Source: the human T2T-CHM13v2.0 reference genome, Homo sapiens
DNA: 64,000 bases
Reading direction: 5' to 3' (one strand)
Assembly: GCF_009914755.1 (NCBI RefSeq)
Contig: NC_060929.1
The translations under genes were made by a program, and so were the position numbers. Shown here piece after piece: positions 12,982 to 26,020 of this stretch (position 1 is the stretch's first letter; each line of letters begins with the position of its first letter). The notes under the pieces are model-generated. The model worked only from the letters and a program-made list of their open reading frames with translations, was not told where the DNA came from and did not search any database.

Positions 12982-14517
12982 ATCTTTGGGGGTTTTCTTT
13001 AGAGTGAATCTCACTTTCTCATCAGAACTTCTGATGACTCTATGGGTGAGGGGTGGAAAGCTCAGAGGCTCTCTCAGGCCTTTGCAGGATGAAGCCAGAA
13101 GGTGGGTCAGAACAGAACAAGCCTCCTCCTGCCTCCACCCAAGGCAGATGGCAGCACAGGAATGATGAAGGGAAAACTCAAAGCTACTTATTCATTGCCC
13201 TGCAGAGTTGTGGGAAATGCCAGAGAGCTTAGATAGTGAACACATCAAGTAACATTTATTTAGTATTAAGACTTTCTGTCCTACAAAAGAACCATCTATC
13301 AGGTGAAACTGATCCTTTGCTCATATTGATCCAAAGGCACCCTCCCACCCTAGAATGCCTCCCACAGTGCTCTTGGCTGTTCTAGTTCAGTTCTGCAGCC
13401 TCTGCCACTGTGACAGGATGGGCTCAGCACAGAGCATCCTGGAGGAGATAAGACAAGCAGATGTTGTGTTTCCTGGAGAGCCGTCTCCTTATTGGGGCAT
13501 GGAAACCCAGACACCTGAAGTGATGAAGGAACATACCAAAAGACTATCCAGTGCTGAGGAAATGCAAAGAAGAAGATTATTTGCATGAAGGCTGGTTAAT
13601 GAAAAAAGGCTTTAAAAAAAAACTGAGTATCTCAGAGCTACAGAGAAATTGTGCTGAGGCCTCTGGCACTCTGAGTACCTAAAGTGTTGGTCTCGAATTT
13701 TATTAAGCAAACAAAACTAATAGGGTTATTATTTTATCTCCCTATACATTCATGCATTAAGCATTTCCCCAAATTTTGACCAACAGTCTTTTCATCCCTC
13801 TCGTTAGTAAAATCTTGAAGCACTTTATCAATCCTCCCACCAGTTCTTACGGCAGATAATAATAATAACATATATGCACATGCCACCCCTCCAAAAAACA
13901 GAAGAAAAAATAAAAAACAAATATAGAGCAATAATTAAAATGTTCGCTATCTCATAGCAAAGCAAAGCACAAACTACTGTGAAGCCACCTCTATTCACAA
14001 GGCAATCAAGTAATCAAGAAATTCAAGACAAGACTCAGGCAGGTTGTGTCAAGAAGTGTTTGTGTTAGCCAATTCCAATAGTACCATCTACTGAGTACAT
14101 GTTAAACTCAATGTGGAGTATGGTGGTCACTTAGAATCTTCAACTCACTGGATTTCCATGAAATCAGAACAAAATTATAAATATCCCCCAAGTTTATAAC
14201 TTTGTTCTGATTTATCAGATTGGTGATCTGACAAGCTAATAAATTCCAAGGAGCTAGTGTTAATGGTATTATACCATTTACATTTATTTATATTAGAGCA
14301 TGTAATTTTTAAAAAGCATCTCACAATTTCCGAATGTCTTAAATAAGAAGTTTACTTGAGGCTTTGATTTCGTGCAATAGACAAGATATTCTTAAACATC
14401 CTCCAGTATTAAGCCCCTAACAATAGTAAAACATGAAAGAAAGAAGAAATCCTCAGAGGCCAAAAGTAGAAAAAAATTAAGCAAAACAATTCAGGGAGAA
14501 AAGTAAAAGATGCAGCA

Positions 14518-14937
14518 TGATGATGTTCTTTATGTGTCAACATGGTTAGGCTGCAGTCCCCGTTATTCAATCAAACACTAATCTGGGTGTTGCTAGGAAG
14601 GCATTTTGTAGATGTGATTAAAGCCTATAATCAGTTGGCTGTTAGTAAGGAAAATTACTCTTCATAATGTAGCAGGCCTGATTTAATCAGTCGAAAAGCA
14701 GAACTGGGTCTAGAGCAGAGCTGAGGCTTTCCAGAAGAAGAAATGTTGTCTTTTTTGAGCACAGCTGTTTCAGCCTGTGCCCAAGAGTTCTAACCTGCCC
14801 TTTTGGATGGCCTGCCCATGAATTTGGGACTTGCCTAGCCAGCCCCCACTACTGCATGAGCCAATTTCTTGCAATGAATTTCTTAATATATATTTCCTAC
14901 TGGTTGTTCTTATCTGATTGAACCCCTGACTGGCACA
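14518..14937 (+). mobile_element. MLT2 (ERVL) solo LTR
   Basis: Starts 'tgatgttctttatgtgtcaacatgg' and ends 'gaacccctgactggcaca'. Confidence 0.8.
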
Positions 14938-15199
14938 TGGCACTGGTAGCTCATCTGGGATATGTGCTGCTCCCTATTTTTGCTCCGGGGAAAAAAGACA
15001 TTAGGACTCATAGGGTTAAAAGTCAGTCTAGGGACTAAGCGAAAAAGGAAAACAGAAAACAAGCAAACAAAGTAAGTAAAGTAAGCAAATAAAGTGGGCC
15101 TTGACTCTGGGTCCAGGGGAGACAACTATTCATTGAGAATCTATAGCCACAAGCCATAGATTTAGGGCCCATAGATTAGGGCCCTAATTCACAACAGGA

Positions 15200-15640
15200 T
15201 ATGTGTGACTTTAACATTAAACATAATGAGATACCACTTCATATTCACCAGACTAACTACATGTAAAAGTGAGAATGCCAAGTACTAGATATAATATGGG
15301 AAAATGGGAACTCTCATTCACTGTTCTTGAACAATTTTGCATTATCTGTTAAAGTCATAGATGTATTTATCTTATTGGTTACTAATTTCATTCCACTACT
15401 GGGTGGAATGAACCCAGTACTGGGAATATCTATGAACCTGTGTACTAGGAAATATGGACAAGAAGGTTCTTTTCAACATAATGTATAATAGTCCAAGCCT
15501 GAAAGCAGTTCAGATCTACTCAAAGGAGATTGGATCGAGTGTGAAAGATTCATGAGATGGAAAAACTACAGAAGAGAAAATGAATGAATTATAGCTACAT
15601 GTCCTAGCAACCCAATATTGAGTAGCAAAAGGTATAAAAC
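15200..15640 (+). mobile_element. Ancient L1M 3' fragment
   Basis: 'ataatgagataccacttcatattcacca...gggaactctcattcactg' is L1 ORF2 C-terminal sequence. Confidence 0.65.
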
Positions 15641-18600
15641 ATGCATTAAGATTCCAAATCTCTTGTTAGTCTTACTATATATTATAAAGATAAAACCAGG
15701 ACTAGATCTCTACTTACTCATGTCCTATATCCAAGCTGTCAGTGCTTCAGACAAAGAGGTATATTCTATTTACAATTCTACCCAAAGAACCTAGGAAAAA
15801 CCTGGCGCAAAGAAGATACCTAATGGATATTTGTTGAATGAATGAATAAATTTTGAACACAAGCATGTATGCCAGGAGCCAGACCCTGTTTTTCTAGCCT
15901 AGAGTTCTAATGCATGAAATCCCAGACTCTGACCTTACCTGCCAGGACCCTTTTCTGCCATAGATGACCCAGTATCTGTTCTCATCTGATTGATCTGACC
16001 AGTGTTAATTCTTCTTCCCCAGATTTCTGGAACAAAAGTTCCCACAGAGACTTCCACCTAACACCACTCAAATCCCAGTGTGATCATGTTCTCACCAAAA
16101 AGCCTTAGAGAAAGGAGCTTGTCATCGTTGATAAAATGAGGTTTTGAAATTTCCCCTGGATTTAATTCAGGGAAGCTTTATTTTCCCACTGTTTACCATA
16201 GATTCTAGAAAGTCGATCTTAGAGGAAACAAGAATTGCAGCAGGGCTTAGCAAACATAAGGCTTAGAAAAGCAAACAAAACTAGCATAACAACTTAAGAA
16301 AATATAGTTAAAATTGAGAAAATCAAAAACAAAATAGCATCACATTAAAGGCCTGGAAAATAGAAATTAAGTCATATTGTGACATTTGGGCACCTTTCTA
16401 TGTGGGAAATAAAAATGAGTGAAAGGACAGATTTTAGGAGAAATGAATTGATATCCTTTCTCTCTTGAAGCACTAGGGTACTTTTAAATTACATCTTTCT
16501 TCAATATCTAGAGTGTTCCTCTTTGAACGTTACAAAAGCAAAATGCTCCATATATGGTAAAGGTGATCTTTTTTTCATATAATCACAGTAATTCAGTCTG
16601 GCAACATCAACTGACCTAAGCATGAAATGTACTTTAATGTTGGTTAATGACACCACCACTGTCAGTTAATTCTGTTCTCTCTGCAGGGCAATATGGTATA
16701 AGAACACTGCAATGACCTGGTTCAGCAAGGCCAAGAACATTTCATTACACCAAGATTTAAAAATTTTAAACGTCATGTGTAGTTTAAGAATATTCACAAG
16801 CACATTAGCAATTCTTGGATCTCTAGCTACTGTTTAAACAGTAACTATGCATTACACATATTGTCTGAGGAAGAGAGATGATCACACACAGTTGATACTT
16901 CAATATTTGGAAAAGGCATGTTTCTTTTTTCTTTCCATGAGTGACATATATATTAGACACTAATATACTCTAGTTTCATCTTCTTGGCTATGAAATACTC
17001 TTTGTCAGTTCCTTTTTGATGACTTACTGAATTCCTACTTTGCATTGAACCCTCTGTTACACACTGACTGGGGAGGGAATACCTATTCTAATAGGGCTTG
17101 TGAGAATTATTGATGAAACAAGGTGTATATTCAAGGAAGACTTAAAAAGTAAACCGGAGGCCGTATAAAGCTTCAGGTAGAATAGAACCGTGACTTGTGA
17201 GCTTGGCTATATTCTGACACCAATTATCTTGATGCTTTTGACAATTCTTTCCCTTCTCTGAGACACAACTATCTCTTTGGTGAAAGAAGGAAGGAAGCTA
17301 CATAAGGCATCCTCAAAGGTTCTTCTAGCAGAGCTGTTCAATTCTGACACTCTGGGGTACTAAGCAGGTGTAAGAGAGTGTCTTTTTTGTGAATTTCTCT
17401 ACCACATACTCTCTCATACTTGCTTAGTACCTCAAGGTACAAAGGTGGAGAAATTCCACCTGGTGGAAATTCTATCTGGTGGAGAAATTCACAAGGCAAA
17501 GATTGTATGGCATTAATCAGAGAAGGTTCTTTAGAAGTGGAAAGTCTTGAGATCGGCCTAGAAGAACAACATGAAATGGGATGACAAACATAATTGTGGT
17601 GTTGCATATGCCCTAATAGGGGGCCATGATAGTTGTAAACCCCACTCTTTTCTTATCCATCCCTTCTGTTTTCATGACTAAATATTTGCTATTCTCAATT
17701 CATTTGTAATTAACTCTGCCTCAATAGGGGAGTTATGAGAGAGAGGTGTTCAAGGTGGGTAGATAAGGAATAGTCTCACTCATTTCACAGAGCAAGGATG
17801 CCTACAGGAGTAAGTGTCCAGTCAAGATCACTCACTGTCCTAGTAACTTTCTCCACCGTATTGATGTTCTAGTGATTTAAACGGTATAAAATCACAAAGT
17901 GTTCCCCATCACCCAGAGTGTAATAGGAATTGGGCAATTATCCAGGTGACTGGATCAATGACAAACAAGAGAACTCTAGATATTCACATTAAGACTAACT
18001 TATCTATACTGATACCTTCATCACTCAAATCAGCTACATGATATATTTCATCCCTTTTCTTGGTACTTGTTAGAGGATTTAGCCAGCAAGTTATCTAATT
18101 TAGAATAAAGCTGCAGTAGCTTACTGAAGTCAACAATTTAAAGCAGTTGTGTGTTTTTGTGTACAGAAAACATTTTAGACTCAAAAGTTTCTTGTTGCTT
18201 ACATGCTCTGCTAAGATGATAGACGAAACTCCCAGGGAAGTTGCTATCTGGCATAGGGACTGGGTGAAGTCTGTAGAGAAGTTGCTTGTCCTCTTGTCCT
18301 TTCATTCTATTTGCAAAGCTCCAGTTCTGAGTCCCTCCTGCCATTTTCAGGATCCACCTTCCCTCACTGCCTCATCATCTGTTTTCCCTTTGAGGTCCAT
18401 TGTTTCCAAATCCTCAAGACTCATAAATAATGTTAGGGATTCCTTTTGTTAACAGCCCCTCTGGCATTGTTTTTTTCTCTGAAGAAAGGAGACATTATGT
18501 AATATTTAAGAAACTGTCCCGATTCCCAATCCCGATAAACTAATGCATAGCTTATTATCTCCTACACACTAAGAAGAATGTGGGAGTTGCAAGGAAATGA

Positions 18601-19204
18601 CTTGGATCAGTTTACTTCTGAAAACTACCTGAAATTATTTGGGACAAGGCCAAGAGGACCAATTCAGATCATTCTTGGGGCTTAAGGGCAGGGAACGCAG
18701 CTCAGCAAACTGCAGACACAACACTGTGTAGCCAAAAGAGGCTTTACTGAATTCATCATCTGACAATGTGTTGATAATTTTTTTCAGTTTTTCTTCACAC
18801 ATTATTATCGGCATCATCAAACATTTAAATCTGCCTTCCATATGCAGATGTGATGAGCTGTCTGGTAATATTCCATACTAATGTATTATAACACTGCTAA
18901 TACTGAAAATCATTACGTCTTTATTTTAATTATTTTCCTGTAGACTATTCAGAAGAGTTTTTTAAAAAAAATTCATTGTAAATGTCTTATGAGCATCATC
19001 AATTAATGTGGCAAAGATGCTTTTATTTCCTTCTCATTAAGAATATGCAGAGACTCGAGTATTGACAAGTGAAAGGGTTTATACAAGCAAAAAGAATGTA
19101 CACTTTCTGGCAAGAGAATACAGAAGAGATTTGAATGTCATGAAGATATTAAAAAAAAAAAGAATACAGAGGAGATAAGAGACTTGAGTAAGAATAGGTC
19201 ATGT

Positions 19205-19210
19205 TTTAAT
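19205..19210 (-). terminator. Candidate intronic poly(A) signal ATTAAA
   Basis: Plus tttaat = minus ATTAAA just after the read-through stop. A U-rich tract lies downstream (plus A-run ~19151-19161). Additional AATAAA hexamers are at 19022-19027 and 18920-18925 (minus). Confidence 0.55.
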
Positions 19211-19214
19211 AAAA

Positions 19215-19415
19215 CTACCAAAAGAACAAAACAGATTCTTCAACCCAGGAGGACATGTGAGTCACAATACCCTTTAATCCACAGGTTGGCTCCTTGGTTT
19301 CTGGAACTTTCTGCCTCCTGTAAACGATGTGCGGGTGGTACCCTCCCTCAACCAGTGGATGCTTCTTCACGGGTTCAATGAAAAAGTCTCCATGTGGTAG
19401 TTGGAAAAATCCAGT
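19215..19415 (-). CDS. ADAMTS12: Alternative terminal form of the exon: intron read-through adding [18 protein letters not shown]-stop (short ADAMTS12 isoform)
   Basis: The frame stays open through the donor to TAG at 19217-19215, and ATTAAA follows 4 nt later. I recall a short ADAMTS12 isoform with this C-terminus but cannot verify it here. Confidence 0.7.
   Translation of the reverse strand, partial: TGFFQLPHGDFFIEPVKKHPLVEGGYHPHIVYRRQKVPETKEPTCGLKGIVTHMSSWVEESVLFFW
19271..19415 (-). CDS. ADAMTS12: Internal coding exon (exon 3, prodomain) of ADAM metallopeptidase with thrombospondin type 1 motif 12
   Basis: Minus strand reads ...tatttacAG|ACTGGA (acceptor = plus CT 19416-19417) and TTAAAGG|GTattg (donor = plus AC 19269-19270). 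Length is 145 nt (48 codons + 1). The peptide has the ADAMTS prodomain motifs 'FFIEP', 'HIVYRR' and 'PTCG' and matches ADAMTS12 as I remember it. Confidence 0.96.
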
Positions 19416-22396
19416 CTGTAAATACATTCAGTAAGAAAGTTTATTTTAACCAATTCTACATACCTACTAAAAACAAAGTGAAAAATTATATAGCTTATGA
19501 GTATCTCTGAAACTCCTAAGACCAGTGCTTTCAGAGTCTGCTGTTCGATCTCATAGAAGAGTTACATACAAATAATTTAGTGAAATATCTTTATAGTCAT
19601 CGTTATTAAATATTTAGGAGTCACAGATCCATTTGTGACCTTATTGAAAAAAGTGCACACATACACATGTGTCCGAAATGCAGCCTACAATTCTTTAGGT
19701 TCACAGATTCCTCTAAAACCCATTGCTGGATATCTATGGATCCCAAATGAAGACCCAGTGCTTCCCACTTGTTCTATTATGGAGTTGGGACCTATGTCCC
19801 ACACTCCACTGACAACTTTTAGAACATTTACCTGCATGGGGGTAGCCCAGCCACATGTTCACACAACTGTGTGGCTGGAAGTGTTTAATGGCACTCTTCA
19901 CTCAAGAAAACAAAGAAACGTAATGCAAAGTCCTTGATCTGAGACTGAGTTTCAGGGGCCTACAGCAGAAAGCCCTCTGTCAGTTTCTAGGGAAAGGGGA
20001 ATATTCTCATTTCACAGATATGAAAATCAGTGATATGCTACAGAACACTGGCCAATGAGTAACTCCTTTTAGAGGTCAGGTCTAGAAGTGCTATAACCTA
20101 CAACTCTCTTGTCCTTTTAGGAAAATGTTTAGTGCCCATTTGAGGTGCTTAGAAAACTGCTTTGCCAATGATCTCCTAAGATGGGTTTAACTCTCAGGAT
20201 CTCAACGCTAAGTCTATGAAACAAAGGACCTGACCTAGACAGACTGCTTGGGGCATCACATTAAAGTGATCAGGAGCTCAGACTCGGGAATTAAATTGGG
20301 TTCAAATTAAACAACTCCTCCATGCAATAGTGAGCAAGTGACTGGCTGAGTTTTTAATTTCTCAGCTGAAAAATAGGATAAATCAAGGGTTGCTATGAAG
20401 AGTAAATGAGTTAATGTATGCAAAGCTCTTAGAAGAGGGCCTGGATCATAGTCTCACCTGCCATTAGGCTCTTTCTGGATCTCTGATTCTATGTCATTTT
20501 ATTGTAATAGGGTCTCCAGAGTCAATACAGCAGTTCAGTAAATGTTAAGGTTGCAAAACTAAACTTGGAAACATGGGGGGCTTAGGGAAACTGCAAAAGG
20601 CTTTCAAGGTTCAAGGTCCTTTCACTATTCATCAGTAACTCAAGGCTCCCTGCTCTGCAGATGAGTCTGAAGACAAGCTGAGGAGCCCCCACAGTCAGGA
20701 GGCAAGAGGGGCTCCAACAAAGGGGGATGCTGGTCTCCACTGGACAGCTCTAGACGTGGGAGTCTTTCCAAAATGTTTGCTTCACTGTAGCCAGTAATGT
20801 AACAAGATCTTAACATAAACCTCACAATCAGCTTCCTATTTTGATTGCTGACCTTAGAATGTCTTTAATAATAAGCACAATAGAAAAAATAGAGCACTTT
20901 ACTGGGAGTAATAAGAATAGCTGTGTGACCTTCAATGGGTCATGCAAACTTTTTGAGGCACAAAGTCCTCTTCTGTAAAAGGGGGCAACGCCTACTACCT
21001 CATAGGGCTGTTCGGGGAATCAAATGAGGTGAAGCTTGTAAAAGTGCCATGCAAACTGCTTTATAAATGCAGAGGGGTAATACTTTAACTACCAACGCCA
21101 ATAGCAGTTACATCTGACATAATTTGCTTCTATGCTTACATTGCTTAGAAAACATGACATTTTTTTCAGTATCTGTCTCTAAGGACAATCTCTGGAACAG
21201 GAAGGAAGAACGGACAAGGCCCAAAGACAGTTGTCAAATAACTGCCATAAAATAGTGGGAAACAGACTCTGTGCAGTACTGAGATTTGGTTCCGTTTCTC
21301 CTCTGAGTCAGAGACCAGGCACAAGAGGAAAATGTGAGCCTGTTGTCAGAAAGCTCATTTGTTCTATGGAAACAAAGCAGAAGTCCAGGAGTCCTCAAAG
21401 ATGATTGGACCTAGGGGCCCTTAGTGTACCTGCTATCAGCCCAATACTGATGTCCTTGAAGGAGAAAAACTACAAAAGACACCACCAAGATGAAGGAGTT
21501 ATTGATATTTCCTCAGCCTCAAATTTTGGACCCAAGCGGCACAGAAGAAACAGATGGGGCTCCACTTGAGGACATAATAACCATTTTACGGGCAACATGA
21601 ATAAGAAAGCCTGAGAACCAAACCAGCATCTTCCTAAAGGCTTACTCCATTTGCATTCCTCCACAAAGTGGTCTTGCCAGGGTGCACGCGGAAAATCACC
21701 TATTCAACCTCAATATTTCTCAGAAGCTACCTGGAAACCTGTGAGAGCTGCTGACTCATCCACTAGAGGAGAAGCCAGAGATCTGCTGACATGCAAGTAG
21801 GCTGCTGGTCCCAGGATCTCGTGTGTTTGTCACAGAGAAAGGAATAGGTAGGAGAGGGGATGAAGCAGCTGTAGGGAGAGTGAGGTGGGGAATTCCTCAG
21901 CTGAGCTCTGCACCTCTTCTCTCTCCCAACATATAAACACAGGGCTTTGTACATCTAGTACCCAGGTGGGCCCAGTTTATTGATCTCTTCTCATCTAACT
22001 GGAGCCAGGGTCATGCTAGAAAAAAATCACCCGTGGTTTGCTTTCCAAAGAAAGGGCTGGCCCCATACTTTCCCTGAAGCAAACTGCCCAAGAGAACCAC
22101 CTTCTTCTGTTACAAGGTCTGTACCTTATCCAAAGAAAATAGTTTCCATTCTGGTCTCCTTTGCAACCTGCCCACTTCTCTTACATCTTTAAAGGAGAAT
22201 GGAAATGGAATTGAGGAAAAAGTATCCAATTTAGTGAGGACTTGCACTGGGCATTCAGAAGAACCTGGGCAGGATGAGCCCTAGGCTAAAGCTCGAAGAT
22301 AAACATGCCCCTTCACCTCCTGTGCCATCTGCTCTTCTCCCACCCAGTATCCAGGAGTCTCTGTATACTGCTAACTGTCTTTTGGAAATAAACTCA

Positions 22397-22871
<475 letters not shown>

Positions 22872-24714
22872 TTATAAAAAGAACACCTAGATGCAGAAAT
22901 AGAACATTACCAGCAGCTGAGAGACTCCCTGTTCCCTCTCCAGATCAATAACATCCCCCAAGGGTAACAATGATCCTGATTTCCAACACTGAAATGTTAG
23001 TTTTGAGCCTATTTTGAATTCTTTGGAGGAAAAAATATTTGATATACGCACAAACACAAAAAGGCTACTAGTTCATTTCAAGAGTTAGGGGCTGACCAAT
23101 AAAAAAGATTTTGTTACAGTGGGCGAATTTCCCCTGGCTTATTAAATCAGACTCTTCATATTGCTTTAGGAGAAATATGGCAAGCCCAGATGGTAGGGAT
23201 AAGACCAAAGGCTGAGATGCATTGGTGTGAGCCAGCTGGTATTTGACCTCCACTGCTCTTTGATGAGGAAGGATGGGGAAGGATTGTTGCACTCTTCAGA
23301 ACAGTCCCAGAGTGAGAAGAGTTTCCTGTAATCTCTCCTCCCTCCCCTCAACTTGCATCAACATATTAGTCATCTTGATGTATGTGATATTTTACTTCAA
23401 TTAGTGACAGTGATCTGGGGTTAGAGGGAAACTGACAGCATCTTATATGGAATTTGTGAATAGAATGTTCTAGAGTCACAGAGACTAGAGACCTTGAAGA
23501 GTCACCCACCCCATGCTGTTGTGCCTTCTGGAGTACCACAAGTAAAGCCTGAAGGGTAAGAGCCAATGATAGTGTAAAAGACACATGAAGGCACCCCAGA
23601 CTTGTGTGATGGAACTGTGCTTCTGAAACCATCACCCTGCCTTGAAAATTCCTTTTACTCATTTGAAAATCGCAGATGTTACCAGATGAATTTGTTTATT
23701 CTTGTAGTGACAAAGACAACACAACACATTCCAAAATCAAGAACAGAAAAAAAATTGAGGATAAAGAGGTACCCAAGGTACCCAATAGTATACGAAGCAC
23801 TGGAAAAGACATCACCTGTTCCCCATCATATAGGCAGGAAAAAGGATAAAATAGCACCCCAAAAATTCCTCTTACAAAGTATCAATCTATATCTATCATA
23901 GGGTCAGCCCTGTGCTGAGAGGGCTAAGAAAGGTACTGACCCTGCCCTCAAGGTTTATATGCAATCCAGCCATGAAGACAAGGCTGATGTTCATTAACAA
24001 GTAGGGAAGGGAACAGCAAAGCCCAGGGTAATTTTATGCTGAAAAGGACTTAGTGTTCACACAACTCAAGAGGCAAACCCATGGCCTCTGGTGGCACTGG
24101 GCCTAGAGCCCAGACCTGAAGTCCTGTGTCACAGAGCCCTTCCCCACAGAACACAGCCCTCACTGGAGCGGCACTTCCATGGGTGCTATGGATTCCAGCA
24201 CTGTGTTTCGGAGGCCACTGAGAGTGGCTGCTTTTAGGCGGCGAAGCCAAGATTGAACTTCCACAGACTCCAGAACACTTGGCACAGTCTTAAAGCCATG
24301 AGAGGCTCTCCAAATTATTATTTCTTGTTGCTGGTTTGCAAGAGACAGTTTTTTTCTCATGTAATACACAGCCAAAATAAGAAGTCAGCAGAAAGTATAA
24401 GTCAAGAGATTATAGAAGCCTCAGAATAAAGAGAGGTGGGAGTAGGACCACCGGGAAGATTTCACCCAGCACACCCTACCCTCTGCTGTGATGCCTAAGT
24501 GGCCTCCATGAAGCCAATGAAGAGAGTGACCAGTGATGTCATCAATTCATGAAGATTTTGCATATGAGTCTGGGCAGCCCTAGTAACTCATGTGGTTTCA
24601 GGAAATATGGACTGAAGCCAGGAAGACATTGGTGTATCTGCCTGATAGTTACCATGACCCAAGCAGGTATTAGGGATACAGCAACACAACAGAGCTGGTC
24701 CCTCTGCCCTAAAA

Positions 24715-24920
24715 CAGTGCTGTCCAACAGAACTTCCTGTGGTGATGAAGACGTTCTGTATCTGCACTGTTCAATTTGGGAGCCACTAACCCCATGCAGC
24801 TGTTGAGCACTTGAGATATAGCCAATGCAACAGAGAAGCTGAATTTTTAATTTTATTTAAATTTAATTAGCTTAAATTTAAGCAGCCACTGGCAGTTAGT
24901 GGCTCCAATATTGGACAGCT
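24715..24920. mobile_element. MER3 hAT-Charlie DNA transposon
   Basis: TIR-like ends 'cagtgctgtccaa' and 'ttggacagct', with internal 'gagcacttgagatatagc'. Confidence 0.8.
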
Positions 24921-25559
24921 TATTTGTAAAGATTGGCCAAGTAAGGAAAGAGAGAGATTCATAATCATAAGTATATTCACCTATAGTGATGACAGCTGTC
25001 ATCAGGGCCAATTTAAGCACTTGCCTTAAAAGCAAATGAACTGCAAAAATGTGACCTACTTCACTATAATGGTTTGGTTTTCATAAGCAAATACATCAGG
25101 AGCCAGATTGGGAACACCCGTGCACTGCACACAGGCTTCAGAGAATCAATAGAAACACCTGGATATAAAAAATGCAACATTCACCAAAATTAAAATGAAT
25201 CATTGGGAATAAATGTAACAGGATAAGGGCTATGTGAGGGAGCTGCCACTGTCCTGAGGACAGAATGGAATGGGAACAGATGTTTGTTCTAGCAGGAACC
25301 ACGGACGGGGGCTGTGATCATGCAGAATTGGAAGCTGGGTTCCACTTCTAGAGGGAGTTGTACCCTGAGAGCCCTGAAATATCAACCTACATGTCCCTCA
25401 TCCCTCTCAGATGCTTTTTGAAGGAGCCTAATACAACCCTAATATACACAAGACCACATCCACTGGCTGGCAGCTCAAGAATCCAAGCGGTGGGAAAAAA
25501 TAATCCCTTTGTTGGAAAATGGACAAAATGGGTTCTAAAAGAATATAGGATCAAAAACG

Positions 25560-26020
25560 TATGATATGGTTGAATAGAAACAGCATGAGCTGTGTGATCT
25601 TGGTCCCATTGCTTAACACATTGAGCCCCAGTTGTCTCATCTGTAAGATGGGGCAAAATCAGTTTTAACTTGCAGGGTTATGACTATCAGAGACACTATA
25701 CGTAAAATGTCTAGCAGAGGTCTTGACATATGGTAGGTGCTCAATAAATGCACAGTTGCTCATTTCATCATAGCATCGTCTACCGCAAACACAGTATAAA
25801 GTGGTGCTTTAAAAGCAGTTACTCTAGAGTCCATCTGCTTGACTCATCTCTTTGCTGCAAGTAACTGAAGCCTACGCCTCAGTTTCCTCATCTGATAAAT
25901 ATGAATACTGATAGTAATTTATTAACTCATTAAAGGATGTCATGTGTATTAAACGAGTCAGTGTAAAGTGCTAGGATGAGTATCCATACATAGTAAGTGC
26001 CCGATAAGCATATTGGGCTA
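25560..26020. mobile_element. MIR fragments
   Basis: MIR cores 'cagttgtctcatctgtaagatggg' and 'gcctcagtttcctcatctg'. Similar MIR cores occur near 1250-1400, 20900-21060, 27230-27400, 37640-37800 and 59130-59280. Confidence 0.65.

Noticed and set aside
16000-16950. Possible CR1/L3 fragments (also ~32030-32410)
   Set aside because: Too diverged to support by eye; needs a Dfam HMM search.
19416-19427. ATG (MYLQ) starting the 70-aa ORF
   Set aside because: It is intronic and overlaps the splice acceptor. The real frame enters by splicing at 19415.
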